Shown here: piece after piece, positions 12,262 through 25,445 of the stretch
Layout: each line of letters starts with the position of its first letter
How positions within the stretch are numbered: the first letter of the stretch is position 1
Assembly: GCF_001194135.2 (NCBI RefSeq)
Contig: NC_068981.1
Span: 134,705,465 to 134,769,464 of the forward strand
Direction: 5' to 3'
DNA length: 64,000 nucleotides
From: Octopus bimaculoides
Taxonomy: Eukaryota
The notes under the pieces: generated by a model
Told to the model about the DNA's origin: nothing
The model's database searches: none
The model's input: only the letters and a program-made list of their open reading frames with translations
Translations under genes and position numbers: made by a program

Positions 12262-12410
12262 GCCATCGATGGGGTGATGTGAGAGGCATCAGGAGACACA
12301 AAATTGCTAAACATAGTGCAATTGCATCTGTTGTACATCTCAGCAAGACAGAAAAGCTAAAGAAGAAAATTTTAAAGCCTAAGAAAAAGTTTGACCATAG
12401 TCCACATGAG
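12262..12410 (+). CDS. SLC4A2: SLC4 exon (phase 1 to 0)
   Basis: Acceptor tttaaacag, donor GAG|gtgaga. (S)HRWGDVRGIRRHKI...KKKFDHSPHE matches AE2 SHRFEDVPGVRRHL and the PHE motif that precedes xFVELxEL. Confidence 0.93.
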
Positions 12411-13422
12411 GTGAGATACATACATTATATGTCAGATGCAAAATTATCTTCTATTATGCATTATCTTGGCTAGACACTTTTTAAAGACATACATAAATAT
12501 TTCTCTGTGTTTATTAAACTGAAAGTATTATTACAAGTTCACAAGTTTACCATATTTGCCAAGTAAATAAACCATAAATCTGAAGGCAACTTTCTAAGAA
12601 GAAATTCAAAGACACTGTTTATCTCATAGTGTGTTATTCTATAATTTAAAATGATATGATCTTATTAATACATATTTATGGGTGAAGATCAAAGATACCA
12701 TTAAAAAATATCATTATTTCAGTAATATTTAGGTTAATATTTATTTTTCAATCGATATCTATGTAACACACAATGACTGCTGTTGAAGGTTGAATAAATA
12801 ATAAGTCACATGATGATTATTTGTTTAATAAAATGGAAACCAAATAAATGAATAAAAAGGGTTTTAGTTGTGGTTACATCAATTTAATTAGAATTCCAAA
12901 TGAAAGAAAAATTCACAATCTGTGAGCTTACAGTTTCAAAGAAGTTTGGTTTAGAATTTTCAAAACATATACACACTAATTTTCATGCACCTATAAATGA
13001 AACTGAAGAAGACATGAGGTCTTAACATTAGTTAAAAACATGGAATCAAGTGTTGTGTACTCTTTCTTTTTTCTAAGATAGTTGGGAATGTTTTACATTT
13101 TAGCATTCAAACATAATTTTTATTTATTTACATTGTTTTCAATTAACTGTGCATTATTATCTTGTAGCTTTGGGATTTTGAAGATGTTTATTCTTTAGAA
13201 TGATGTTGTATGATAGATGTGAGCTGGCTTAAACATAAACCAGGTAAAATATTTGGGCCAAATATGGCTGGTTTAAATACTGAAGGGTTAAGGTATATCT
13301 GGCTACTACTTCTAGCTGATCTTGTAACTACAAAGAGCAGAGTCCAGTAAGTGTTTTGGTGGCACCAAATTGCAAGTGCAAAGATCGTGTAAGGATATTT
13401 GGTGCTGAGTAGAGATGCATTT

Positions 13423-13780
13423 CATCATCATCATTTAACATCTGTTGTCCATGCTGGCATGGGTTTGACAGTTTGACTGGGCTGGCATGATGGAAGGCTG
13501 CACCAGGCTCCAGTGTGATTTGGCATGGTTTTCTACAGCTGGATGCCCTTCCTAACACCAACTACTCTGATAGTGTGTAATGGGTGCTTTTATGTGCCAC
13601 CGGCACAGGTGCCATTTGCATGACACTGGTATCTGCCACAACTGCAATTTTCCTTGGCTTGATAGGTCTTCTTCTCAAGCACAACATAATGCCAAAGGTC
13701 TTGGTCGTTGCCTCCATGAGGCCCAACATCCAAAAGGAACTTGGCCACCTTTATTGTTTAGATCTTAAGTCTCAAGCTCA
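13423..13780 (-). mobile_element. Repeat family D (SINE-like, (ATG)n tail)
   Basis: GGTTGG.GTTAGGAAGGGCATCCAGC.GTAGAAA...TGCCAGCATGGA...(ATG)n; many copies in the window. Confidence 0.8.
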
Positions 13781-14777
13781 TTTCTGTTTCTTCGTGTAGA
13801 TTTTTAAAAGACTTAGTGGGGTTTTACCAAATTTGAATGCAGGGTATGGGAGTTCCCCACTTCTGGTTTAGAGACTCCTTCATTGACTCATCTAAAATTT
13901 TATTATTGGGTGTTGTGACTATGTTATGTTTCTCTAGTATTGAATGGTTGGGTGATTCTTATGGAAGGAACCTGTAGGAGGGGAAGACAAAAGAAGTAGT
14001 GAAAGCTTATCTCGGGAGGCTAAACTTTATGTAGAATTGCCAGAAGTGGCAATACACTGTACAGGAGAAGAAGTGTGCAATCTATTTGTATATGGAAAAA
14101 TGAACATAGAATAATTATGATAGTTGATAGTGGGTGGGACAAATTTGTCTGATAACCTGTGATCTAGCCAACTGTAATTTTAGTTGAGAAAATTTGATCA
14201 CTACTTAGCTGGTATAGTCATATAGATAAAAGGTTTGTTGTATAACTACATGAGTTCAGTTTCAGGCCATGGTGTGGTATCATGGACAAGTTTTCTACTA
14301 TAGTGTCAAATTGACTGTAACATTCTTACTGAAATTTGGTCAATAGAAACTGAGAAAACCCATTGAAGGAACTGTTATGCTTTTGGATGAAAGATTTAAT
14401 CCATCACCTTGTTTAAAACCAACAGACCACCTGTTCTTGGTTGATTTTAGTTGGATTCATTTTGTTGTAAGAGTATGTGAGCCAGGCCACCAGTCTGAGA
14501 GTAACGCCCTCTCTTTCCCCAATCACAAGTTCCTGAAAATGGTCTTAGACTCTGCCCATCTTCATCTCACTAAGCTGCCAAAACAAAATAAAACAGTAAC
14601 TCGTTTCAACTGGCAAAGAATTTCTGGCTCCTTCAGATCTTAATCCATTACTGACATTATCATGGTGCTTGTTATTGTTGTAAAAATTAGTTGAGGGATG
14701 AGGTTGTTGTCTTCTTTTTGTGAGATTTGTTTCTTTTTTTTTTTCTCACTTTTTGTAAATTTTCTATTTATTTGCAG

Positions 14778-14964
14778 CTCTTTGTAGAGCTTGATGAACT
14801 ACATGTTGGAGACCAAAATGATTGGGACTGGGAATGGAGAGAAAAGGCTCGTTGGATCAAATTTGAAGAAGATGTTGAAGAAGGAGCAGAGAGATGGGGC
14901 AAACCTCATGTAGCTTCATTGTCATTTCATAGCTTAATAGAACTGAGAAAAGGGCTCGAACAAG
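14778..14964 (+). CDS. SLC4A2: SLC4 band-3 cytoplasmic domain exon (phase 0 to 1)
   Basis: Acceptor tttgcag, donor CAAG|gtgagt. LFVELDEL...[39 protein letters not shown] is the hallmark AE signature. Confidence 0.98.
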
Positions 14965-15309
14965 GTGAGTGTATTCTTCACACCATAAAATATATTCACT
15001 GTCTCAGCTATTTTTATTATGCTTTTTCTCAGATTTTATTGTTTACTCAATATTTTCGTCTAAGTGCAGTACTACTCATTCAGGTGGTGTAAATGTTACC
15101 ATTTAAACCCCTGCACTTCACATTGTTACCCTACTACAGTCCCTTATCACCTATTTCTCATCCCTGATCCACTCCTGTTTCCTTCACTTCCCTTCCTCCA
15201 AACTAATGATCACTTCATCCAACTCAATCCCCATAACTTATCATTTCATACTCTTTTTACACTCTAGTGTACTTACCTACCCATTAACTCTCTCTCTGTC
15301 TGTCTCTCT

Positions 15310-15356
<47 letters not shown>

Positions 15357-15509
15357 TCACCTTATACCTTGAGGGTATGCTCTCATCATCATTCTCCTTT
15401 TTCAGCTGGGGAAACCATGTATTCACTTCTTCTGCAAGATACCTTTTCTTGTCATTCTATCATACTTTCACCCTCTTCAGTACTGTACTCCACTCATGTG
15501 AGGGGTCTT

Positions 15510-16005
15510 GCAAGTATTTGGTGACTTGCTAGTGCTGGTGCCACAATAAAGTACCCACTACAATCTGTAAAGTGGTTGGTGTTAAGAGGGTCACCCAGTC
15601 ATACAAACGATGCCAAAACATACATTAAAGTTCAGTGCATCCCTCTGACTTGTTGTTCTCATCAAACTGTCAAACTCTTGCCAGCATGGAAAAATGAACA
15701 TTAAGTAATAATAATCATGATGATAGTGATGTTGATTATTTTAATTATTCATTATCATCATCGTCATCCTTCCATGCTGGCATGGACAGGAGCTGACCAG
15801 GCAGGAACCTGCACCATACTCCTGTGTCTGTTTTGGCATTTTTTTTATGGTTGGATGCCCTTCCTAACACCAACCACCCCACAGAGTAGGCTAAGTGCTT
15901 TTTATGTGGCACCAGCACAGGTGAGGTAATTTTAGCATGGTTTTTACACAGGGATGCCCTTCCAAATGCCAAACACTTTACAATGTAGACTGGTTGCTTT
16001 TTATT
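15510..16005. mobile_element. Two family D copies tail-to-tail (15510-15725 +, 15752-16005 -)
   Basis: The family D motif occurs in both orientations, with tails facing. Confidence 0.72.
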
Positions 16006-16017
16006 ACTATTATTACT

Positions 16018-16230
16018 AAGGTGGTGAGCTGGCAGAATTGTTAGCATTCTGAATGAAATGCTTAGCAGTATTTCACCCGTCGCTACATTCTGAGTTCAAA
16101 TTCCGCCGTGGTCAACTTTACCTTTCATCCTTTCAGGGTTGATAAATTAAGTACCAGTTGAGTACTAGAATCAATGTAATCAACTATCTTCCTTCCCCAA
16201 ATTTCAGGCCTTGTGCCTATGATAGAAAGG

Positions 16231-16267
<37 letters not shown>
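16018..16267 (+). mobile_element. tRNA-derived SINE family C with (ATT)n tail
   Basis: A box TGGCAGAATTG, B box GAGTTCAAATTCC, central CTTTCATCCTTTC.GGGT.GATAAA.TAAGTACCAG (resembles the Meta-type SINE core from memory; unverified). Confidence 0.88.
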
Positions 16268-16270
<3 letters not shown>

Positions 16271-16651
16271 GATGAAAACTCACAGCTTATTTTGCTGGGT
16301 ATGGTGGAAAGTGTCAGCTGTCCACAGCCAGCAGACTAAGGTGACACTTGTTTACTGGTCATGCTTCAAGAACCCTGCGAAGAATTCTTGCAGTTCCAAG
16401 AAATGCTGATTTTTGTAAGTGTTCTTACCGTCACACTTGTATCAATCTTTTTGAGCCATGTTGGTAGTTGAGCGCTGATACTTCCAAGTGCACCAATTAC
16501 TATTGGTATCACATCTACTCTCCTCATTGACCACAACCTTCGAATTTCCCACTTCAAATTGTCATAGTCATTTATTTTTTCTTCTTCTTTCTCTTTGATC
16601 CTCTTGTCACCGAGACACGCTATGTCAATTATCATGCATGTTCTTTTTTTC
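16268..16651 (-). mobile_element. Dong/R4-like LINE 3' fragment (REL endonuclease plus 3' UTR)
   Basis: CMIIDIACLGDKRIKEKEEEKI..Y..LKWEIRRLW...VIPIVIGALGS is the restriction-like endonuclease motif; (TAA)n flanks both ends. Confidence 0.9.
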
Positions 16652-16744
16652 ATTATTATTATTATTGCTGGAAATCTTTTCCAATTCCAATTTTATATTT
16701 TGTTGAATAAGAAAATTTTGAAAACAGAAAGTTTCTTATTTCTT

Positions 16745-16901
16745 TATTGCCCACAAGGAGCTAAACATAGAGGGGACAAACAAGGACAGATAAAGGAATT
16801 AAGTTGATTACATCGACCCCAGTGCATAACTGGTACTTAATTTATCGACCCCCAAAAGGATAAAAGGCAAAGTCGACCTCAGCGGAATTTGAACTCAGAA
16901 C
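16745..16901 (-). mobile_element. SINE family C, 5'-truncated
   Basis: Reverse complement of the family C core. Confidence 0.8.
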
Positions 16902-17789
16902 GAATTTGAATTTTAATCCCAATAAATTGAAAATAAAAACATTTTTGTTATTCAATGGGAGCTTCTATAAGTTTCATATTTGACATTTTATATTCATATG
17001 AAAACCTATTCACATTGTGGTCAAAAATTGTTTTGTAATTTGATAATCAACAATTATTTGTTTGTTGATTTTTTCGTTGTTTTGTTTAACTTCTCATTCT
17101 TATCTAATAGTCTCTTTATGTTATATATTTTATTTTTACACATTATAAAAAAACTCAACACACCTTTGACTTTTGGCTACAAGAATATAAACTTTATCAC
17201 CTCTTCTACTTTTCCATTGCCTTTATTTCTTTTGGTTATCACATGGGTATACACATCTGGTGTAAAATAGTATTATCCAAACAAATATTTGGATGTGGTT
17301 ATCTAAAATAACCTATCGCAAAATTATTATGTTCACACAGATTGCACTCCATACTACTCAAATCTAGGTTCAATATTAAACCAACACATGTTGCGCTAAC
17401 ACAGTAACCAATATGGTGAACCAACACTGTCAACTGCCCCCCGACAGTTCACACAATTCTTTATTTATTGAAATCCGTTGTTCCACTTTCAGTCAAGTGG
17501 GAGTGTACAGGATTCTCCCGTAACACTTTTTATATATATCAGGCCACAATTTTGAAAATTGCAAAACAAGTCCCAGTCAAACTGGACACATAAACAAATG
17601 TCAATACAAAGATATGCAGGGACAAACACAAGCGTGTGTATATCTACAGTATGTTTGTGTTTATTATATCATAAAATCAAAAACTGACAATCACTCATGT
17701 TTCACCCTTGGTTTATCATGAAACTCATGTACACCATCACTTTTTGATTTAATATATAATATACATTATATAACAAAAATATATATTAT

Positions 17790-18170
17790 AGGCACAGGCA
17801 TGGTTGTGTGCTAAGAAGCTTGCTTCCAACCACATGGTTCCGGGTTCAGTCCCACAGTGTGGCACCTTGGGAAAGTGCCTTCTACTGGAGCCTCAGGCTG
17901 CCCAAAGCCTTGTGAGTGGGTTTGGTAGACGGAAACTGAAAGAAGCCCGTCGTGTATATATACATATATATTGTGTGTGTTTGTGTTGTCCCCCACCATC
18001 GCTTGATAACCGATGTTGATGTGTTTACATCCCCGTAACTTAGCAGTTCGGCAAAAGAGACCGATAGAATAAGTGCTAGAGTTACAAAGAATAAGTCCTG
18101 GTGTTGATTTCTTTGACAAAAGGCAGTGCTCCAGCATGGCTGCAGTCAAATGACTGAAACAAATAAAAGA
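17790..18170 (+). mobile_element. SINE family A, full length
   Basis: Colinear with the 3890-4296 copy in the opposite orientation. Confidence 0.88.
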
Positions 18171-18213
18171 ATATATAAAACACAAACTAGAACTCAACAA
18201 ATTCATCAATTAA

Positions 18214-18434
18214 CACTTTTGTCATCATATTTCTGTTGAAATACACACTCATTATTTCAATTAATTTAAAAAGTAATGAATAATGTATTAAAATAATTTG
18301 TCATTATCAATCTGATTTTTAGAACATAAATTAACATGAAATGTTAATGGGGAATTTGAATTTATATCTCTTTAAAACTGGAAGTTGATACCATAGAACC
18401 AAGAGCAGTGTTGAGTGATTTAATATCAAAAATG
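18214..18434. mobile_element. piggyBac-like MITE, degenerate
   Basis: TTAA|CACTTTTG ... CAAAAATG|TTAA; a similar end (AAGGG|TTAA) occurs near 13291. Confidence 0.55.
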
Positions 18435-19597
18435 TTAATCTCTCTAAATATGAGACCTTGCGGCAAAGCTGGAAATAATCATTTATGTATAAATATATAC
18501 TTCCTGATTATACACTGCAAGATTTATCAACTAAATAATATATTAACCATGTTTAATCATTAGCATTTTGGGGGCAATTAACATGCAATATGCAAAATTA
18601 ATTGTTGACAAGTTAATTATTAGAGAAAAGACGTGCTCTTCTCCCCTGTAAATAGAACAATGTTAATCAGAAATATGGTATTAAAAATGTTAATTGATCA
18701 ATTGATTTTATTGGATCCCAATTTTTGTTTTATATTTTATTATATGATAGATGAAAGTCAAAATCAATCCCCAACTTGATTATTCAACATGCTGCACTTT
18801 TAAAGTTTTCTCTAACACCTTCCACTTTGGTGTGAAGAGATACCTTGCTTCAGTTTACAGTAGACTGGTTGATGTGCAAATTTTAGATTCATCATTTTTT
18901 AAACAGATATAGACATAGTCGTGTGGTTAAGTTCACTTTGCAATCACAAGGTTCCAGGTTCTGTCTCACTGTGTGATATCTTGTGCAAGTGTCTTCTGCT
19001 ATAACTCCTACTCAATCAATACCTTGTGAGTGAATTTGGTAGAGGGAAACTATGTAGAAGCCTGTCGTAAATGTATGTGTGTATTTGTATGTTTGTGTAT
19101 ATAGGTTGATATTTCATTTGTCAGTGTGTGAGCAAAGTGGTGCTGATGTTGACATTCCTTGTTGACATTATGCCCAGTAGCTCTGCACTTTGAAAGACAT
19201 GGAATATGAAAATCCTTTGTTTTGAAAAAAATTGTGAGTTAGCAACCAGAATAGCATCTAGCCATAAAATCCTGAGATTTAAATAATTCTCCATCTAACC
19301 CATACTAGCATGGAAAAAAATTATTACTAATTGCTTATTTAACTTTTGTACATTTTATTTCATGAATGTGCATTTGTTTTTGGCAACTTAATATAATTTG
19401 AAGCAGTGACTTTACTATCACAAAATCAAATTTATATTGATGTATTGAAGTTTTCTAGTAAAGGTGGAATTTTCTCATAAAATTTCATAACTTGTCATAT
19501 TTATTAAATATTGAGTAATTTTCCAAATCAATAGTCTGGCAATTTAAGTTTATTGCTTATAATTTGTTGTGTTACTGATATGGAAAGGCCATAGGTA

Positions 19598-19999
19598 TAC
19601 TCTTTTACTTGTTTCAGTCATTTGACTGTGGCCATGCTGGAGCACCGCCTTTAGTCGAGCAAATCGACCCCAGGATTTATTCTTTGTAAGCCTAGTACTT
19701 ATTCTATCGTTCTCTTTTGCTGAACCGCTAAATTACGGGTACGTAAACACACCAGCATCGGTTGTCAAGCGATGTTGGGGGGACAAACACAGACACACAA
19801 ACACACACATATATATATATACATATACATATATACGACAGTTTTCTTTTAGTTTCCGTCTACCAAATTCACTCACAAGGCTTTGGTCGGCCCAAGGCTA
19901 TAGTAGAAGACACTTGCCCAAAGTGCCACGCAGTGGGACTGAACTCGGAACCATGTGGTTGGTAAGCAAGCTACCTACCACGCAGCCACTCCTGCGCCT
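19598..19999 (-). mobile_element. SINE family A, full length, young
   Basis: Near-identical to the 3890-4296 copy; retains CpGs. Confidence 0.9.
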
Positions 20000-20049
20000 A
20001 TATTAACATTGCATTTTTTTTTTCTCACGAGAGACCTTTTTTCTTCCAG

Positions 20050-20185
20050 GTGTATTTTTACTGGATTTGGAAAGCACAGATTTAAAGTCAATAGCTCACA
20101 ACATTGTTGAACAGATGGATATTTATGACCTTATTCAGCCAGAAGATAAGGGCAATGTTCTAAGAACTTTATTGCTGAAACACAA
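20050..20185 (+). CDS. SLC4A2: SLC4 band-3 cytoplasmic domain exon (phase 1 to 2)
   Basis: Acceptor ttcttccag, donor CACAA|gtgagc. (G)VFLLDLESTDLKSIAHNIVEQM...VLRTLLLKH(K) is the conserved LLDL...VLRxLLLKH segment. Confidence 0.96.
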
Positions 20186-21867
20186 GTGAGCATTTTATTC
20201 TTTTGCACTTAAACAGTTATGAAATCTTCATTTAACATAAATATCTTCCTCCCTTTATTTAATGGTTAATTATTATCAAAGAAGTAATAAGTAAAAGAAA
20301 AAAAATTCAATTTAACTCTCTTCATTCTTGTGCAATCTTAAGAAATTCCATGTGTTGTTTTTCACTCCATTCTTTGAAATTTCCATTCAAAGTATTTTCA
20401 TTTGCCGCTGTAATTTTTCTGTTATTCTCCTCCCATATGCAAATTACTTTGACCTGTTAGCACAACTAATTTACTTCAATTTTTTTTTTTTTTTTGCTTT
20501 GTTTTTTTTTTACCTATTTTATTATTTACAAAAACACTATTTTGTTTCCCTTTAACTTTTGTATTATCTTATATTGTTCTTCTCAAACATGATGATTATT
20601 TCTGCTTTAAATATTTATTTATTTGTTTTATTTCAGTTTATTATATCAAGCCAATTACAGAGTAGATTAGCTTTTCTATGAAATTATATTAATATCATAA
20701 ATGTTTCCACTAATAATATTTTTGAACAACACTCTGTATCTTAATTAGTTCTATTAATGATTACATTTTGCTGTTGTATTTTTTCACAAACAGAAATCAT
20801 CAATTTAAGCTTTTGTTTAGTATTGACCAATAAAGTAAGTTGCGTGTCATTTTTAAGTTCAGTTCCTTTACTGTTTATTGAATGTAATTGGTTCCAGGAA
20901 CAATGAGAAGAATTCCTCTCCATTTAAGCAATTTGGTCAAAATAATTCAGTGTTTATGTGACATTTGTCCTAATTTAATTCAATATTCATTAATTTAGAG
21001 AAGAAATAACAGTGGAAATGGAGAACACTTTTCTCATATAAAAATCTTTGCATGAAAAACAAAAACAAATTGTAAATAATTGATTGACAGCTTGTGATTC
21101 AATTTTGTTTGCTGTTGCCTTAGTTTGCTGGTTGTTTAGACATTGGTGAATTAATGGGTGTTGCTCTCACACAAATACAGCTGAGTGCTTCGAAATAAAC
21201 TCATCAGCTAACAATTTTATAATTTACATTCTTATTTATTTCTAGATTCTTTCACAGTCATTTAATTTATATTGATTGGCTGCTGAGAACTTGACAAATA
21301 CAACATCCATTTAGAAAAATATCCTATATTAATCTAGCAAACACCCATAACTTGCCAATGTGCTATAAGCAAACATTGTTCCTCATGTGAAGATTACTGT
21401 TCCTCTGTTGAGTATATTTTATATGAGTTCTTTAAGTTTGTTCATTCATATAATTTTGTTTATTTTTATGAACTTTAATAACCTGCTCTTCCAGTTCTAC
21501 AGAAAACATATCAAGGGTAGATATTATTTTTCCATTATTTATACATCCAAATTAGAAATGTTTAATTACATTTACAAACAAGTTTAATTCTCCTTAATCT
21601 AACAAATAACAGTAATTTATTACATAGTAAAACAATATTTTCTTGAAATTCCTAACATGGAATTTTAAACTGAGAATTGTGGAAATAGTCATATTTTTGT
21701 CCAAAGGCAACAAAATAAACAACTATAAAACTATTTGTTATTCATTTTCATTTTATTTTATTTTATTTTTAGTTTCATAAAGCAATATGAAAAATATTTT
21801 GTTTACTCATTTATTCTTAGTCATCTAATCAATTACTATTTATTTTCAGATAAATATTTTGAAATAC

Positions 21868-21906
<39 letters not shown>

Positions 21907-22146
21907 NNNNNNNNNNNNNNNNNNNNNNNNNNNNNNNNNNNNNNNNNNNNNNNNNNNNNNNNNNNNNNNNNNNNNNNNNNNNNNNNNNNNNNNNNNNNNN
22001 NNNNNNNNNNNNNNNNNNNNNNNNNNNNNNNNNNNNNNNNNNNNNNNNNNNNNNNNNNNNNNNNNNNNNNNNNNNNNNNNNNNNNNNNNNNNNNNNNNNN
22101 NNNNNNNNNNNNNNNNNNNNNNNNNNNNNNNNNNNNNNNNNNNNNN
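21907..22146. other. Assembly gap. Others: 31295-31571, 32576-32986, 40756-40765, 49342-49830, 52736-52797
   Basis: N runs, mostly bounded by (TA)n. Confidence 0.99.
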
Positions 22147-22183
<37 letters not shown>

Positions 22184-22512
22184 TGTTTGTGGCACAGGAA
22201 TCATAAAATTGCTCAGTACATACTTGTGTTAGGAGTGTCACCTATGTTTGTTTAACCAAGATTCTATTTAATCATCTATTGTCAACTGTAGGTATCTCCC
22301 GATAGGTTCAGTCAAGTAAAAGGCCAGTTGAAGTGAACCCTGATTCAGGTTTACATCACAAATGATAAATATATTACATATGTAAAGTGGTTGACAAACA
22401 AACTGAAGCAATGTAGGGTAGAGTGAACATGACAACCTCTCCAGTGCTGGTGCCATAATAAAATGCACCCAGTACACTCAGTAACTACATCCAGTTATCT
22501 AGAAAGTTTGTG

Positions 22513-22686
22513 TAAGTTGTAATAATGAAGTCAAACCAAATAGTTATATTTCGAAATCATTTAATATGTCGGTCTTTCACAATGGATGCATGCATTTCCT
22601 ATTATTTATATTACACAGACCTGAAACATTCATATTGAATGATTTCAAAATATCACTATTTAGTTTGACTTCTTTATTACAACTTA
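22513..22686. mobile_element. MITE-like fold-back element
   Basis: Arms 22513-22568 and 22631-22686 are inverted with 5 mismatches in 56 bp; the outermost bases are TA on both sides. Confidence 0.8.
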
Positions 22687-23104
22687 TATGACTTGATGCC
22701 AGTACAAATTAGCTGGTCCAGTCTCTACTTATGTAGATACTCTAACTAGTTATTGGAACAGTTTATTACATTTGACTCAAGTAAAAAATCCTGGTTGTGT
22801 ACACTGTTTCTTAGTGTAACATGAAATATATATGATTTTGATAAATAGTTTACATGAAACTCTAGATCTTTGAGCCACATATGTAACTTTACAGCTAACT
22901 AAATATGCATATCACTGTATCAACCAGACTTTTGAACCTTGTTATACACTGCTGGTCACAATATGCTTCCAATTCTTTCATGATTGTGACCTTCTTTCCC
23001 ATCATCATGGAGGCTTTCTGAGTGGCTTTTTCAGATCTCTTGGAAATCACTTGTGAACCTTGCAACATATTCATCTGAGTAGAACTTGTGCTTTCTAAAT
23101 ATGC

Positions 23105-23156
<52 letters not shown>

Positions 23157-23454
23157 ATACATGTGTGTGTTTAGGTAAGCGCTTTAAATGAAACGCTAAA
23201 ATTTTGAGTAACATGTGTAACTCTACTGTTATTAAAGAAATATATATTCCTTTGTCCATGCATTCAACAAGTAGCTGCAACGTCTTTTTTCCCTCCACTT
23301 TGAAGAGAGGTTATAGGCCACTAACCATTAGGGTCTGAAGCAACGCTGTAAAGCTAAGTGCTTTATGGATGTGAAACCCTGGGTAACCCCACAGACCTGC
23401 CATAATTATCTTTATCTAATTACTCTGCTGCTCTATAACTTAGAGTGTGCTTCT

Positions 23455-23786
23455 CTTTCGGATTTGGCACGGAAAAAGCACCATTTGAGCATGGTCATTG
23501 CCAGTGCCTCCTGACTGGCTCCTGTGCCGGTGACATGTAAAAATACCATTGAAGTGTGGTTGATGCCAGTACTGCCTGACTGGACCTCATGCTGGTGGCA
23601 CATAAAAAGCACCCAGTACACTCTCAGAGTGGTTGGTATTAGGAAGGGCATCCAGCTGTAGAAACTTTGCCAGATCAGATTGGAGCCTGGTGCAGCCTTG
23701 AGGCTTGCCAGCCCTCAGTCAAACACCGTTCAAGCCATGCCAGCATGGAAAGATGTTAAACAATGATGATGATGATGATGATGATT
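23455..23786 (+). mobile_element. Repeat family D
   Basis: Full family D body and (ATG)n tail. Further copies at 40426-40722 (+), about 41770-42270 (+), 43922-44065 (-) and 44112-44300 (-). Confidence 0.82.
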
Positions 23787-24367
23787 ATATATATATATAT
23801 ACACACACATGTACATCATTTTTCCATCTGTTCCTTGCTAACATAAGTTGAATGAGCCAGGTTGCCATGGACCAAGTCAGTTGTTATTTGGAGTTACTCT
23901 CATTCCTAGGCAGATCAGGGACCATGTCACATACATTCCAATTTGCCATATTTTCTACAATTCGATAGCCTTCTTACCATTAGTCTTTTCACAGAGTGTA
24001 CTAGATGATGCATTTTATGGTAGCAACAACATGAGAGAGGTCGTCCTGTCTTCAGTAGAACTGGAGTTCTCTTTCTCTATATTGTCTCTGGTTGTTGGCC
24101 AACCATTTTACAGGATATGTTTGATGCATTTTAATGATGGTGAAGCACAAGCATTATATGCATGGATACATTCACTCATCCCTAAGTCTGCCTCAGTTGC
24201 TACTCAGTGTTTCTTGCTCCCAGTGTTCAGGTGAAAACGTTTGTATATTTATATATATACACACATAGATCTGGGACATATATATACATGGGTTTTGGCA
24301 TGGCTGCTTTGGTGCTGCCTATCTGGCATCACTGATTCAATGTTAACTTACTTGACATGAGACATTT

Positions 24368-24370
<3 letters not shown>

Positions 24371-24440
<70 letters not shown>
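24371..24440. repeat. (CT)n microsatellite; one example of many (TA)n, (CA)n, (CT)n, (ATT)n and (ATG)n tracts
   Basis: Direct reading. Confidence 0.95.
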
Positions 24441-24445
<5 letters not shown>

Positions 24446-24635
24446 GTGTGTGAACATCTAGTTGTGTTTTTATGTATGTGCAGTCTCTCTGTCTGTCACT
24501 CTCTCTCTCTTTTTGTGTCTGTGTGTCCCTTTCTTTCCAGCACCAAAAAATACTGTGGCCATAACAGGTTGGATGTCCATTCAGCTGTGCCAGATCATCA
24601 GCCCCCAAGCAACTGCACCTGATCATCTCGCTCCA

Positions 24636-24669
<34 letters not shown>

Positions 24670-25445
24670 TATAAGCATTAAAATGTCAGCTAGCTCTTAT
24701 ATTTTCTCAACATTTCCATTTAAAAATCAGTGTAATAATCTGGATATAACTTGAATTATATAACTGTGGTTTCAAGAAGATACATAAAAACAACTTAACA
24801 CCTTACTAGTCAGTAATCCATTATCTGTGGTAACTTCCTGTGTTTCAAATGATAAATCTGAGATTTGTGTAAAACGCATGCAGTCAGTATACCAATTATT
24901 CTCTGGTGAGTAACAAATTAAAAAGATACAAAAGGTGACATTAGAACACAAACTCATGCACCACACACATGCACCACACACATGCACACACACACACACA
25001 CACGCACACACACATGCATATATACACATATAATTATATAGGCACACCAACAAAAGCAACATCTCTACCCACTTTTTCAAGCTGTAATACTAAGTTTTGG
25101 TTATGGTGCTAAAGATTTCAAAATACAACACTGTTTGTACTGGTAAGTTCAAACCTTAAGAAAAGTAAACTAATAATAGTAATAATGATGATGATGATGA
25201 TGATATCGGTTTCAAATTTTGGCACAAAGCCAGCAGTTTTTGAAGAGAGTGGGAAGTTGATTACATCAACCCCCAGTACTTAACTGGTACTTTTTTTTTT
25301 TACCCCCAAAGAATGAACAGCAAAGTTGTCCTCAGTAGAATTTGTACTCAGGACGTAAAGATGGACAAAGTGTCATAAGCATGTTGTCTGGTGTGCTAAT
25401 GGTTCTGCCAGCTCACTGCATTAATGATAATAATAATAATAATAA

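Noticed and set aside
13003-13030. CTGAAGA-AGAC-ATGAG-GTCT, hammerhead-like start
   Set aside because: There is no GAAA, stem III or stem I, so it is too little to call.
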